In this document: positions 10,706-20,005 of the stretch, in pieces
How the letters are laid out: every line of letters starts with the position of its first letter
How positions within the stretch are numbered: position 1 is the first letter of the stretch
Source: an uncultured Campylobacter sp.
GTDB taxonomy: Bacteria > Campylobacterota > Campylobacteria > Campylobacterales > Campylobacteraceae
Assembly: GCF_938045595.1 (NCBI RefSeq)
Contig: NZ_CALIBB010000123.1
Span: forward strand, 1-52,971
DNA: 52,971 bases
Direction: 5' to 3'
Program-made: the position numbers and the translations under genes
Notes under the pieces: generated by a model
Seen by the model: only the letters and a program-made list of their open reading frames with translations
Told to the model about the DNA's origin: nothing
Databases searched by the model: none

Positions 10706-12571
10706 GGATTTTGGACTGAAATTTCAAGACACGGGCGCTAAAGCTTGCAGAGAGTGCAGTGTGTATGCGCGGCAGGTGCGGTCGCTAAATAAGGCGGCGA
10801 CTGCTCGCAACAGACAAGCACGACAAAGTGCGGCAGGAGGCGAGCATGGCGAAGAAGCGAAATTTTATACAGGATAGATTTGTGCGCTTTAAAGGCACGG
10901 CGCAATCTTGACGCAGATGCGGTGATGCGCAGCTTACAAGGCATAAAAATATACGCGAAGAAGCAGGCGAGAGCCACAACGATGGACGTTGGTAAAACGG
11001 CGGCTTGCGGCAAGGATACGGGCTATGACGCGCATGCGCGGCGAGCAAATACCGCGCGCAGTTTACGACGGGAAGCAGAATTTCATCCGCCGCAGACCGC
11101 GGTAAGTAGATAAATTTTGCATTAAAACGTAGCTTTGCTGAAATTCTAGCGCATTTGAAGATACGAAGTGATCGGATGAGAGTTAAGACAGCGGGCGGCT
11201 CGGCGGTGACGTAGCGGCGTGAAATTTTACGGCGCAAAAATTTATTTTGCCGCGCGTTATATACGCAAGGCGCGATCTAAAACTCATTTCCAATCAAGCG
11301 GCTCGCGTACCCTCGCAATACATACCTCAAGGCGTGATTAAAACAGACAGAATTTTAAAATTTATGCCGTATTCGTAGCCTATGGAATTTGCAACGTAAA
11401 TTTAAAAGCAGCGATCCGCCCTATGAAATTCCGTTTCGAATTTTAGCCCGCGATATGTCCATTTTGAGGCAAAAAAAGGCCGCTTAATCGCAAGATCGCG
11501 CTTCTTGCAAAGATGACGGCGACGCATTACTCCGCTCGCTCGCAAAGCTCCTCAGCTTTCCGATGACGCTTTGATGAGGAACGGGCCGTGTCTGCGTAAA
11601 TTCGTATTATTGGGATCGCGGATTTGCTTATCGCTAAATTTAGTGCGGATGCGGTCTCCGTACGCCGCTACGACAGAGCTGGGCTTGCGTTTAAATTTGC
11701 TCCGATCGCGCTGTGTTTTACGATAAAAATTTATGAAATTTCATTTTCGGTCGGCGCCGCAAAATTTTATAAAGCTCCATTTTAAAATTTTCAGCACGGG
11801 CACGTACCGATCAGGTCGTCAAGCTAAAATCAAATCTTAAAATTCTAAGCGGCGAATGCAGAAAACCTTCGCGCTTAGCGCATCTACGGCGACAGTGCGG
11901 GCGCGCTAAATTTATTGCTTTTAGAACGCAAAAGATGCGCAGGCGCGGGCAAAATTTATTGATTTTAGAGTTTAAAGCATCGAATTCGCGCGTCTAGGCT
12001 AAATTTTAAAATTTAAAGCGCGCGACGCTTCGGGCGCATCCACGCGACTGCAAGCGCTCATAAAATTCGCCCGAAGCAAGGTTGTAAAACCGCGGGCGGG
12101 CGCAAAATTTATCGCCGCAAAGATCAAAACCGCGAAAGCAAAAAGGCTCCACGAGCGCTCGCTGCCGCACCCGCCCGAGCAAATTAAAATCACGTGATCC
12201 CGCCTAGCCGGCATACGCGGAGTGCGCCGCTGCGGGCATTTGCACTTAAATCCGGTGCGATCGCAATGCGGTTTAAAACTGCGCCTGCTTAAATTCGCGC
12301 CGTTTCGGTTCGCTCGCAATCACATCTCGCCGCAGTAGCGCTTTAAATTTGCGCCGCCGCGATTTGTGCGCATTCAATCGCTACGACAAGGGTAAAATTT
12401 CAAAATCTAGGTCCATACGCGCCGATTTGCGCGCCCAAAATCGCTCGGATCGAATTTACGCTACCGCAATCCGCGCAGATTAAAGCGCCGCCGCTTAAAA
12501 GCGCAAAATTTACCTCTCAAACGGCGACGCGAAATTTCGCTAAAATTTCATCTCTTAATTCAGCGCGCGAT

Positions 12572-13378
12572 TTATAAAATTTCGCCCTCGCCGCGCCCCG
12601 AAATCTGCGGCTTAGGCAGCGCCAGGCTCTTTGCGGTCTTACTAAAAAGTATCAGGTCTTCGGTGCTTTGCACGCTCCACGGCAGGCGCGAGAGCGCGAA
12701 TTTGAAAATTTCAAAGCAGGAAACGGCGTCGCTAAATGCGCGGTGGTGGACGTTTTGTACGCCTAAAAGCTCTTTTAACGAGCCGAGCCCGTATCTTTGC
12801 GCCTCGATCGTGCGGCGCGCGAGCTCGACGGTGCAGAGCCTGCGATTTAAAAGCATTCCAAAGCCGCATTTTTGCAGGCTCGCGTCGATGAAGCCGTAGT
12901 CAAATTTGACGTTGTGCGCCACAAAAACGCTATCGCCCAAAAATAACCTAAACCGCTCCAGCACGCTAGCTAGCGGCGGTGCGCCCACAAGATCGTCCGC
13001 GCGGATACCGGTAAGCTCCGTGATATTTTCGGGCACGACGGGCGCATAAACGAAGCTTTCAAAGCGATCCAGCTCCTGCGTGCCGCGCGTTTTTATCGCG
13101 CCGATTTCGATGATCTGGCCGTTTGAGAGCCCGCCGTTCGTCTCTATATCTACGAAGCAAAAAATTTCATCCGAAATATCCGTCTCGCGGGTTTTGAGCG
13201 TGATTTTGCCGTTGTCGAGTTTTATTATCTCTATGCCCAGCGCCCGCCACATCGAGAGGTCTTTTGGCTCGAAAAGCTCGGTAATTTCGGCAATATCGCT
13301 TGCTTTTGAGATAAAATCGTAATAATTTATGCTCTTTTGAGCCAGTAAATTTATGAGATTTTCGATTCTATGCGTCAA
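12572..13378 (-). CDS. DEDDh 3'-5' exonuclease (DNA polymerase III epsilon-like)
   Basis: FVDIETNG, VAHNVKFDYGF and HHRAFSDA motifs; downstream of rpe. Confidence 0.9.
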   Translation of the reverse strand: MTHRIENLINLLAQKSINYYDFISKASDIAEITELFEPKDLSMWRALGIEIIKLDNGKITLKTRETDISDEIFCFVDIETNGGLSNGQIIEIGAIKTRGTQELDRFESFVYAPVVPENITELTGIRADDLVGAPPLASVLERFRLFLGDSVFVAHNVKFDYGFIDASLQKCGFGMLLNRRLCTVELARRTIEAQRYGLGSLKELLGVQNVHHRAFSDAVSCFEIFKFALSRLPWSVQSTEDLILFSKTAKSLALPKPQISGRGEGEIL

Positions 13379-13399
13379 AATTTTACCCCTGTGCCGCGC

Positions 13400-14041
13400 C
13401 TAAATTTTAAGCGCACGGATCGCCTCCGCGTAGTCGTTTGAAGAAAATATGTAATTGCCCGCTACCACGACGTCGGCGCCGGCTTCATCGATATCTGCGA
13501 TATTTAGCCCGTTTACGCCGCCGTCGACCTCAATGAGGCATTTTGCGCCTTTGCGATCGATCAGCTCGCGCAGCTGCTTAATTTTCTCAAGCGCCGAGGG
13601 GATAAATTTCTGCCCGCCAAAACCTGGATTGACGCTCATCAAAAGCACCATATCGACCTCGCCCAAGATAAACTCCAGCGCGCTAAGCGGAGTGTGCGGA
13701 TTTAGCACGACTGCGGGCGAGACGCCGCTGCGGCGGATATGATCTATGAGGCGCAGCGGATGGGTCTCCTCCTCGATGTGAAAGCTAAGAAATTTCGGCT
13801 TTAGCGGCAAAAAAAGATCGACGAAAAACGGCACGTTTTTAACCATCAGATGGATGTCTAAAGGCTTGCTGCTCGCCTTTGCCGCGGCGCTTGCTACAAG
13901 CGGTCCGATCGTGAGATTGGGTACGAAATGTCCGTCCATCACGTCTACATGAATGAGATCGGCGCCCGCTTCGCAGACTGCGCGAATTTCCTCCGCGAGC
14001 CTGCCGAAATCCGCCGATAAAATGCTGGGTGCGACATACAT
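13400..14041 (-). CDS. rpe: Ribulose-phosphate 3-epimerase
   Basis: APSILSADF, HVDVMDGHFVPN, MSVNPGFGGQ and EVDGG motifs. Confidence 0.97.
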   Translation of the reverse strand: MYVAPSILSADFGRLAEEIRAVCEAGADLIHVDVMDGHFVPNLTIGPLVASAAAKASSKPLDIHLMVKNVPFFVDLFLPLKPKFLSFHIEEETHPLRLIDHIRRSGVSPAVVLNPHTPLSALEFILGEVDMVLLMSVNPGFGGQKFIPSALEKIKQLRELIDRKGAKCLIEVDGGVNGLNIADIDEAGADVVVAGNYIFSSNDYAEAIRALKI

Positions 14042-14148
14042 TAAGATTCCTTTAAAATTTCAAGATGCGAAATTTTACTTAGTTTTGTCATAAATTTCGC
14101 TAAATTTAAACCGCAGCGGATTTTAAGCATAATTTGAAATTTTTTCGC

Positions 14149-14154
14149 TATAAT
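14149..14154 (+). promoter_or_regulatory. Sigma70 -10 box for rpmB
   Basis: TATAAT with periodic T-rich upstream sequence, about 30 nt before the ATG. Confidence 0.6.
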
Positions 14155-14185
14155 CACCATTTATTTTAATCATCAAGGATTTATT

Positions 14186-14377
14186 ATGGCAAGAAGATGC
14201 GCAATCACCGGCAAAGGTGCGATGGTAGGCAATAACGTTAGCCACGCAAATAACAGAACCAAAAAGAAATTCCAGGTCAATCTACGCACCATCCGCGTTC
14301 AGCTAGAAGACGGCTCAACCAGACGAATCAAAGTCGCCGCCTCAACTCTACGAACTATGAAAAAACAATCAAAATAA
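14186..14377 (+). CDS. rpmB: 50S ribosomal protein L28
   Basis: [10 protein letters not shown]...[19 protein letters not shown]. Confidence 0.97.
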   Translation: MARRCAITGKGAMVGNNVSHANNRTKKKFQVNLRTIRVQLEDGSTRRIKVAASTLRTMKKQSK

Positions 14378-14395
14378 CCTCTTAAAGAGGAATTT

Positions 14396-15526
14396 ATGTC
14401 TGTTTTGGACAAGATCAAGCGATTCCTCGACTGGTCCGGCTCGACTAAGCCGGACATCAACCTCTACACAGAAATTTACGACCAGCTACGTCCTTTTCGC
14501 TTACCGCTTATAACCATTGTGCTGATGATGCTAATCGGCACATTAGGCTATGTCTTTATAGCGGGCTTTTCGCTCGTGGATGCCTTTTATCAGGCGGGTA
14601 TGACCTTCACGACGGTAGGCTTTACCGAAGTAGCGCCGATATCGCCCGCAGGTAGAATTTTTACCGTCTTATTCATCCTCATGGGCTTTGGAACCTTTTC
14701 GTTTTGCCTGGGCGTCGTCGTCGAGGTCATAAAAAACGGCAAACTTCAAAATTTACTTAGGGAACAACGAATGATCAATAACATCGCAAGGCTCAAAAAC
14801 CACTACATTATCTGTTACAACAACATCTACTGCGCTGAGCTTGCCAAGCAGTTTCGCGAAAACCACCTACCCTTCGTGGTGATCGATCCAGATCCGAATT
14901 TAGCCAAAATCGCCGAGGAAAACCGCTACCCCTACTTCATCGTAGGCGAGCCGCACGTGGAAACCACGATGCTAAAAGCCCACCTCTCATCGGCCAAATG
15001 CGTCATCACCTTGGCTTCAAATTTAGCCGATAATATCGCAATAATCTCGCTGGTGCGCCTATACGAAAAGGAGCTTGGTCGCATCACTCCCTACTTCATC
15101 ATGGCAAATAGCAATGATGACAGCGACACGCAGAGGCTAAAAAAACTCGGCGCAAATTCTATCGTCTCGCCGTCCAAACTCGCGGCACAAAGGCTCTCTG
15201 CGATCAGCGTGCGCCCCGATATGGAAAACATTTTGGAGCGATTTTTGTATAAAAAGGACTCTCTCATTGATATCGAAGAGATCACGGTGCCCGATTTTTC
15301 GTGGATCCGCTTCAAGCGCCTAAAAGAAACTCGCTTGCGCGATTTTACAAACGCCGACGTCGTGGGAATCAAAGAGCCCAACAGCCGCTTTATCCCGATG
15401 CCAGATGGCGACTACCTCATCGGTACTGGGGTGAAATTTTTAGTCATCGGCACGGCAGAGGGCATCCGCAACACTAAAAAACTCATCCGCAGCAAATACA
15501 AGCCACAGGAGATGAGATATGTTTAA
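14396..15526 (+). CDS. Potassium channel protein with RCK (TrkA-N/C) domains
   Basis: Two TM helices around a TTVGF selectivity filter, followed by an RCK domain (NHYIIC). Confidence 0.9.
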   Translation: MSVLDKIKRFLDWSGSTKPDINLYTEIYDQLRPFRLPLITIVLMMLIGTLGYVFIAGFSLVDAFYQAGMTFTTVGFTEVAPISPAGRIFTVLFILMGFGTFSFCLGVVVEVIKNGKLQNLLREQRMINNIARLKNHYIICYNNIYCAELAKQFRENHLPFVVIDPDPNLAKIAEENRYPYFIVGEPHVETTMLKAHLSSAKCVITLASNLADNIAIISLVRLYEKELGRITPYFIMANSNDDSDTQRLKKLGANSIVSPSKLAAQRLSAISVRPDMENILERFLYKKDSLIDIEEITVPDFSWIRFKRLKETRLRDFTNADVVGIKEPNSRFIPMPDGDYLIGTGVKFLVIGTAEGIRNTKKLIRSKYKPQEMRYV

Positions 15527-16712
15527 AATAACTAAGCTTGAGGGCGGTTTGCAAAACGTCGAAGGCTTTTATTTCGACGGCATGAATTCGGGCTTTAAAA
15601 AAGAGGGGAACGATCTGGGATTTATCCGCGCGGACGAGCCCTTTGCCGTAAGCGCGATCTTTACGAGCAATAAATTTCAAGCCGCGCCGATTAGGCATTT
15701 CAAAAGGGCGCAAGAGCGCGCGGGCGGGGAGCTTAAAACAAATTTTATCCTCGTAAATTCTAAAAACGCAAACTCGATGACCGGGGAGCAAGGAATCGCC
15801 GATATCGATGAAATTTTTAGCGAGCTTGGCAAAAAGACCGCTCTGATAAACCCCGTCATGAGCTCCACCGGCGTCATCGGATACCGCCTTAAAAAGGAAA
15901 AAATTATCGCCGCCGCGCAAAATTTTAACCTCTCGGCACGAAACTCGGACGCCCTAGCCACCGCCATTATGACGACAGATACGATAAAAAAGGAGCTTGC
16001 ATATGAAATTTCTTTAGAAAACGGCGAGAAATTTCACATCGCGGCCGTTTGCAAGGGCGCAGGTATGATCAATCCCGCGCTTGCGACCATGCTCTGCTTC
16101 GTCCTAACTGACGCAAAAATACCGCGCGCGGATATGGACGAGCTACTACAAAAGGCGGCGGAGCAGAGCTTCAACACCGTAAGCGTCGACGGTGACACCT
16201 CCACCAACGATACGATTATGCTCTGCAGTAGCGCCAAATGCGCCTACGAAAAGAATGCTTTCGCCTCCGCGCTAAACGCCCTGACGCGCGAGCTTGCGCT
16301 AATGCTTGTAAAAGACGGCGAAGGCGCAACCAAGCTGGTGCGATTTAGGGTAAGCGGTGCCGCAAACGCCCAGGATGCCCGCAGGGCGGCAAAGGCGCTA
16401 AGCAATTCGCCGCTTGTTAAAACGGCGATCTTCGGCGAAGATCCGAATTGGGGTCGCATAGCCTCCACCATAGGCGCCTGCGGTATCGAATGCGACGAAG
16501 AAAAGCTGCGTATCAAATACGACAACGTGCTGCTTTATGATGCGCAAAATCGCGAGCTGGACGCCGCGCGCGAGGCTGCGGCTCACGCCGTAATGCAGCA
16601 AAAAAGCTTTACGATCTGGTGCGATTTAGGGCTCGGAGAGGGCGAGTTTAGCGCGTACGGCTGCGATCTTAGCTACGACTACGTAAAAATCAACGCCGAT
16701 TATAGATCATAA
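15519..16712 (+). CDS. argJ: Bifunctional glutamate N-acetyltransferase/ornithine acetyltransferase ArgJ
   Basis: IMTTDT, KGAGMINPALATML, VDGDTSTND, DGEGATK and DPNWGRI motifs. Confidence 0.97.
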   Translation: MFKITKLEGGLQNVEGFYFDGMNSGFKKEGNDLGFIRADEPFAVSAIFTSNKFQAAPIRHFKRAQERAGGELKTNFILVNSKNANSMTGEQGIADIDEIFSELGKKTALINPVMSSTGVIGYRLKKEKIIAAAQNFNLSARNSDALATAIMTTDTIKKELAYEISLENGEKFHIAAVCKGAGMINPALATMLCFVLTDAKIPRADMDELLQKAAEQSFNTVSVDGDTSTNDTIMLCSSAKCAYEKNAFASALNALTRELALMLVKDGEGATKLVRFRVSGAANAQDARRAAKALSNSPLVKTAIFGEDPNWGRIASTIGACGIECDEEKLRIKYDNVLLYDAQNRELDAAREAAAHAVMQQKSFTIWCDLGLGEGEFSAYGCDLSYDYVKINADYRS

Positions 16713-16768
16713 AGATTCACAGCTTACTCTTTCATAATAAAAATCTCGTCTCGAAAATAGCGAATAGC

Positions 16769-16790
16769 AGCAGGGCTTTAAAGCTCTGCT
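16769..16790 (+). terminator. Hairpin after argJ, probable terminator
   Basis: AGCAGGGCTTT/AAAGCTCTGCT inverted repeat. Confidence 0.5.
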
Positions 16791-16960
16791 CTTAAAATTT
16801 TATCATTTAAATTTGCCTGTTTTAAATTTTTAAAGGCTAAAAATTTTACCTCTTAAAATCTGGAATCTCATGCGTGAAATTCAGTCTAAATTCGATAGCT
16901 GAAATTAGGTTTTAAGCGCTTTATTGATATACTTAAATAAATTTTTCAAAGGAGTAAAGC

Positions 16961-17191
16961 ATGTTTCATGAATACAGAGATTTAATCACTGAGTTAAAAG
17001 GCAAAAACGCGCGATTTGATTCGCTTTTTGAGAAGCACGATGAGCTGGATCACAAGATCGCCGACGCACAAGCCGGCAGAGTGCATATGAGCGATCTGGA
17101 GATCGATGCGATGAAGAAGGAAAAGCTTCGCATAAAAGATGAGCTAGGCACCCTGCTAGCGCAATATAAAGCCGAAAAGGCAGATAAATAA
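16961..17191 (+). CDS. YdcH/DUF465 family small coiled-coil protein
   Basis: MFHEYRDLITELK...FEKHDELDHKI...KKEKLRIKDEL; GGAG RBS. Confidence 0.88.
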   Translation: MFHEYRDLITELKGKNARFDSLFEKHDELDHKIADAQAGRVHMSDLEIDAMKKEKLRIKDELGTLLAQYKAEKADK

Positions 17192-17195
17192 AGTT

Positions 17196-17253
17196 GCTTG
17201 CGGCGAAATTAAGATTCAGCAGAGTGCTAGCAAGGCTTATTTCGCCGCCAAGC
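17196..17253 (+). terminator. Long imperfect hairpin after the YdcH-like gene
   Basis: GCTTGCGGCGAAATTAAG pairs with CTTATTTCGCCGCCAAGC, followed by TTT. Confidence 0.5.
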
Positions 17254-18032
17254 TTTAATCCGCGTTTAGAATTTTTTAATCGTAATAAGTTTAGCCGCTT
17301 AAATTTGCCGCGCGCGATAGAGATATTAAAACAGCGCGCCAAAATGAGTTAAAATTTATATCGCACGCTTCACCATATTGACACCACTAAATAATTTTTA
17401 CGTATCGGCTACATCACTGCATATACCAACAATGCGGTATTAGCGCAATCAAATATAATTCGTTACGGCTCTCTATCGCCCTTTCCGCTTCCAAAAATAT
17501 CTCTTGCTGAATGCGTTTTGCGCTGTAGCGCCTTGCAGCCTGGCTCTTAAATTTTACTTTGCAGCGAGCATTTTCTAGTAAATTTCAAATCTTGCGTTTT
17601 GCTTGTTGCAGGCGCAATACCTATTTTTAAAATTCCGCATTTCGAAGGAATCTAAAGTAGCGCTAGAATTTTAAATTCCCGTTCGCGCTAACCGCTAAAT
17701 TTCAAATTCGCAGACTCCGACCAAGCGCTAGTTTATGCTAGAGCCTGCTTTAATCTCTTCAAAGAATTTAGCCAAGCTTGCTTATTTTAACCCGCTTCGT
17801 TGAGCTTTAAAAATTTAGATTATTTCTTTGATCGTATCGGATAATGCCTGCCGCCACGGAATTGCTCAAGCCACCCTATTTGCTATATGCGCAATTAAAA
17901 GCGGCGCTAACGCGGAATTAAATAGTATAAGTGAAATCTGTAAAAGGTGTGAAATTTAATCATAGAATTTTAAGCGCCAAGAATTTGCGATAGAATTTCG
18001 CCGCGCAAATCAAATCCCAAAGCTAGCCTAGC

Positions 18033-18473
18033 CTACTCGAAAACCTTCGCTTCTAAGCCATGTAGCCTTTGCAAGCCGATATCGATATATTCGTTAAGCT
18101 TCTCATTATTTTCCAGCAATTTGTCGTAATAACTCTTGGCTCTTTCTCTCGCGGTCGCATCAGGCTCGATATACTTTAGCCCGCTTTTGAAAAATCCTTT
18201 GGATTCCACAAAATAGATCGAGTGGATCTTCTCGCAGTGCGATAGCCCTGCTTCAGTGTAGTTTAAAATCGATTCGTACGCGATGTTGCCTAACAGCTCT
18301 TGCAGTCTATTTGCGGGATTTTTGAAAAACTCGGCGAACTCCTTATACGGCGTAAAAACCTGATCCAGGTTTTTCATCGCATCGCCGTAGATACCCTTTT
18401 TCAGGCGAAACATCGTCATTTCTTGAGAACTTACAAACTTCTCTATTGCTTTTATCGTATCGTTTTTATTCAC
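18033..18473 (-). CDS. Hypothetical helical protein, possibly a degenerate stand-alone CZB-fold protein
   Basis: GTG start with AAAAGGGA RBS and its own TATAAT (minus strand, 18507-18512). The fold assignment is from recalled similarity only. Confidence 0.7.
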   Translation of the reverse strand: MNKNDTIKAIEKFVSSQEMTMFRLKKGIYGDAMKNLDQVFTPYKEFAEFFKNPANRLQELLGNIAYESILNYTEAGLSHCEKIHSIYFVESKGFFKSGLKYIEPDATARERAKSYYDKLLENNEKLNEYIDIGLQRLHGLEAKVFE

Positions 18474-18607
18474 TGAATTTTCCCTTTTAAAATATGAAAC
18501 GCTCGGATTATATCGTTTGTTTTATAAAAATCCGTTAAAAATCGGTTAAATTTTGCCCTAGCGTTTTAGCTAAGTTTCTTTGAGCGCTTTTTATTAAATT
18601 TCCCGCC

Positions 18608-18961
18608 TCAGCCGCCGCACTTCTCGCACAATCCTCGCACAAGCACACTTTTGACATTTTTTTGTGGCAAAGCTGGCATCGAAATCTCCTCCATTTTATG
18701 GCAGTTTTCGCAGACAAAATACGCTTTTGCGCCGTCGGTGAGCTCATAAAAGCTTTTATGATTATTTTCGCTGGTAATTATCAAATTTTTCTCTTCCAAA
18801 AGCGCTATATTGCGATATATCGTGGTTTTATTAGCACCCGTTTGTTCTACTAGTTCATCGTAGCTTACCGGGCATTTTTTCTCGCTTAGGATCTGCACGA
18901 TCTGCACTCTAAGCGCTGTAGGAGCGATATCGTGACTCGCTAAAAAATCTTTGGGATCCAT
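18608..18961 (-). CDS. Fur-family transcriptional regulator (Zur-like by context)
   Basis: TALRVQI and KTTIYRNIALL winged-helix motifs; two CxxC (CENC, CEKC); divergent from znuA. Confidence 0.88.
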   Translation of the reverse strand: MDPKDFLASHDIAPTALRVQIVQILSEKKCPVSYDELVEQTGANKTTIYRNIALLEEKNLIITSENNHKSFYELTDGAKAYFVCENCHKMEEISMPALPQKNVKSVLVRGLCEKCGG

Positions 18962-19018
18962 TTTACGCCTTTTTTAAAATTTAAGCGATGATAGCGAAAT
19001 TTAGATAAATTTATATTA

Positions 19019-19047
19019 AGTTGCAACTAAGTTGCTTTTGATATACT
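19019..19047 (+). promoter_or_regulatory. Candidate operator (GCAACT-A-AGTTGC) next to the extended -10 TGATATACT of znuA
   Basis: Perfect 6-1-6 inverted repeat at 19023-19035, overlapping palindrome AGTTGCAACT at 19019-19028, and -10 box at 19042-19047. Confidence 0.65.
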
Positions 19048-19075
19048 TCCGCAATTTTTTTTGGAAAGGAATTTT

Positions 19076-20002
19076 ATGAAAAAGCTTATTTTCACGCTTT
19101 TATCAGCTAGTTGCGTAGTATTCGCCAAACCTACGGTCACCACGACCATACTTCCTACGAAGTATTTTGTTGAACAAATAGCAGGTGATACCCTGCAGGT
19201 AAATACGATGGTCGGCAAAGGCGCTGATCCACACACATACGAGCCTAAGCCTTCGGAGATGAAAATGCTAGAAAATAGTGATCTGTATTTTGCAGTCGGT
19301 ATAGAATTTGATGAAGTCTGGCTACCAAAGCTTGCCGCATCGTATCCGAAGATGAAGATAATCCGCACAGAAGATGGCATCACTAAAATGGCTATGGCAG
19401 AGCATCACCATCACGACGAACATGATCATAGCGCGCATCACGATGATCACGATCATGACGCGCATCATGAGCATGGTGACAAAGACCACGAGGCGCACGA
19501 GCACCATCATCATCACGACGGCCTAGACCCACATATCTGGCTCGATCCGCAGCTTGTAAAAATTCAAGCTAAAAATATTAAAGACGCGTTAACCAAACAG
19601 TATCCTAAGGATGCTAAAATTTATGAAGCAAATTTCGATAAATTTGCCAAAAAGCTTGACGAGCTGGACGCTTACGCAAAGCAGAAATTAGCGGGCGTCA
19701 AGGGAAAGAAATTTATGGTTTATCATCCGTCTTGGGGCTATTTCGCGCACCGATACGATTTGGAGCAGATCGCAGTCGAAGTGGAGGGCAAAGAGCCTAA
19801 GCCTGCGGATTTAGCCGAGCTGATCGAGGAAGCCAAAGAGGAAAAGATCAAGGTGATTTTCGTCGCACCGCAGTTTTCCAAAAAGGCAGCACAAACCATC
19901 GCTGCACAAACAGGCGCAAAGGTGATGGAGATTGATCAGCTGCCGCTAGATTGGTATGAGACAATGAAAAAGACGATCGACATTTTCGGAGAAAATTTGT
20001 AG
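19076..20002 (+). CDS. znuA: Zinc ABC-type solute-binding protein (ZnuA/AdcA family) with a His-rich loop
   Basis: Signal peptide; DPHTYEP, DPHIWLDP and YHPSWGYF motifs; His/Asp-rich loop. Confidence 0.9.
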   Translation: MKKLIFTLLSASCVVFAKPTVTTTILPTKYFVEQIAGDTLQVNTMVGKGADPHTYEPKPSEMKMLENSDLYFAVGIEFDEVWLPKLAASYPKMKIIRTEDGITKMAMAEHHHHDEHDHSAHHDDHDHDAHHEHGDKDHEAHEHHHHHDGLDPHIWLDPQLVKIQAKNIKDALTKQYPKDAKIYEANFDKFAKKLDELDAYAKQKLAGVKGKKFMVYHPSWGYFAHRYDLEQIAVEVEGKEPKPADLAELIEEAKEEKIKVIFVAPQFSKKAAQTIAAQTGAKVMEIDQLPLDWYETMKKTIDIFGENL

Positions 20003-20005
20003 TTG

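Noticed and set aside
10738..12319. ORFs 10738..11013, 10785..11237, 10880..11113 and 11999..12319
   Set aside because: Arg/Ala/Cys-rich translations typical of non-coding GC-rich DNA, partly overlapping each other, with no family motifs.
16986..17342. 118-aa antisense ORF over the YdcH-like gene
   Set aside because: Shadow ORF; the + strand gene has a clear RBS and family signature.
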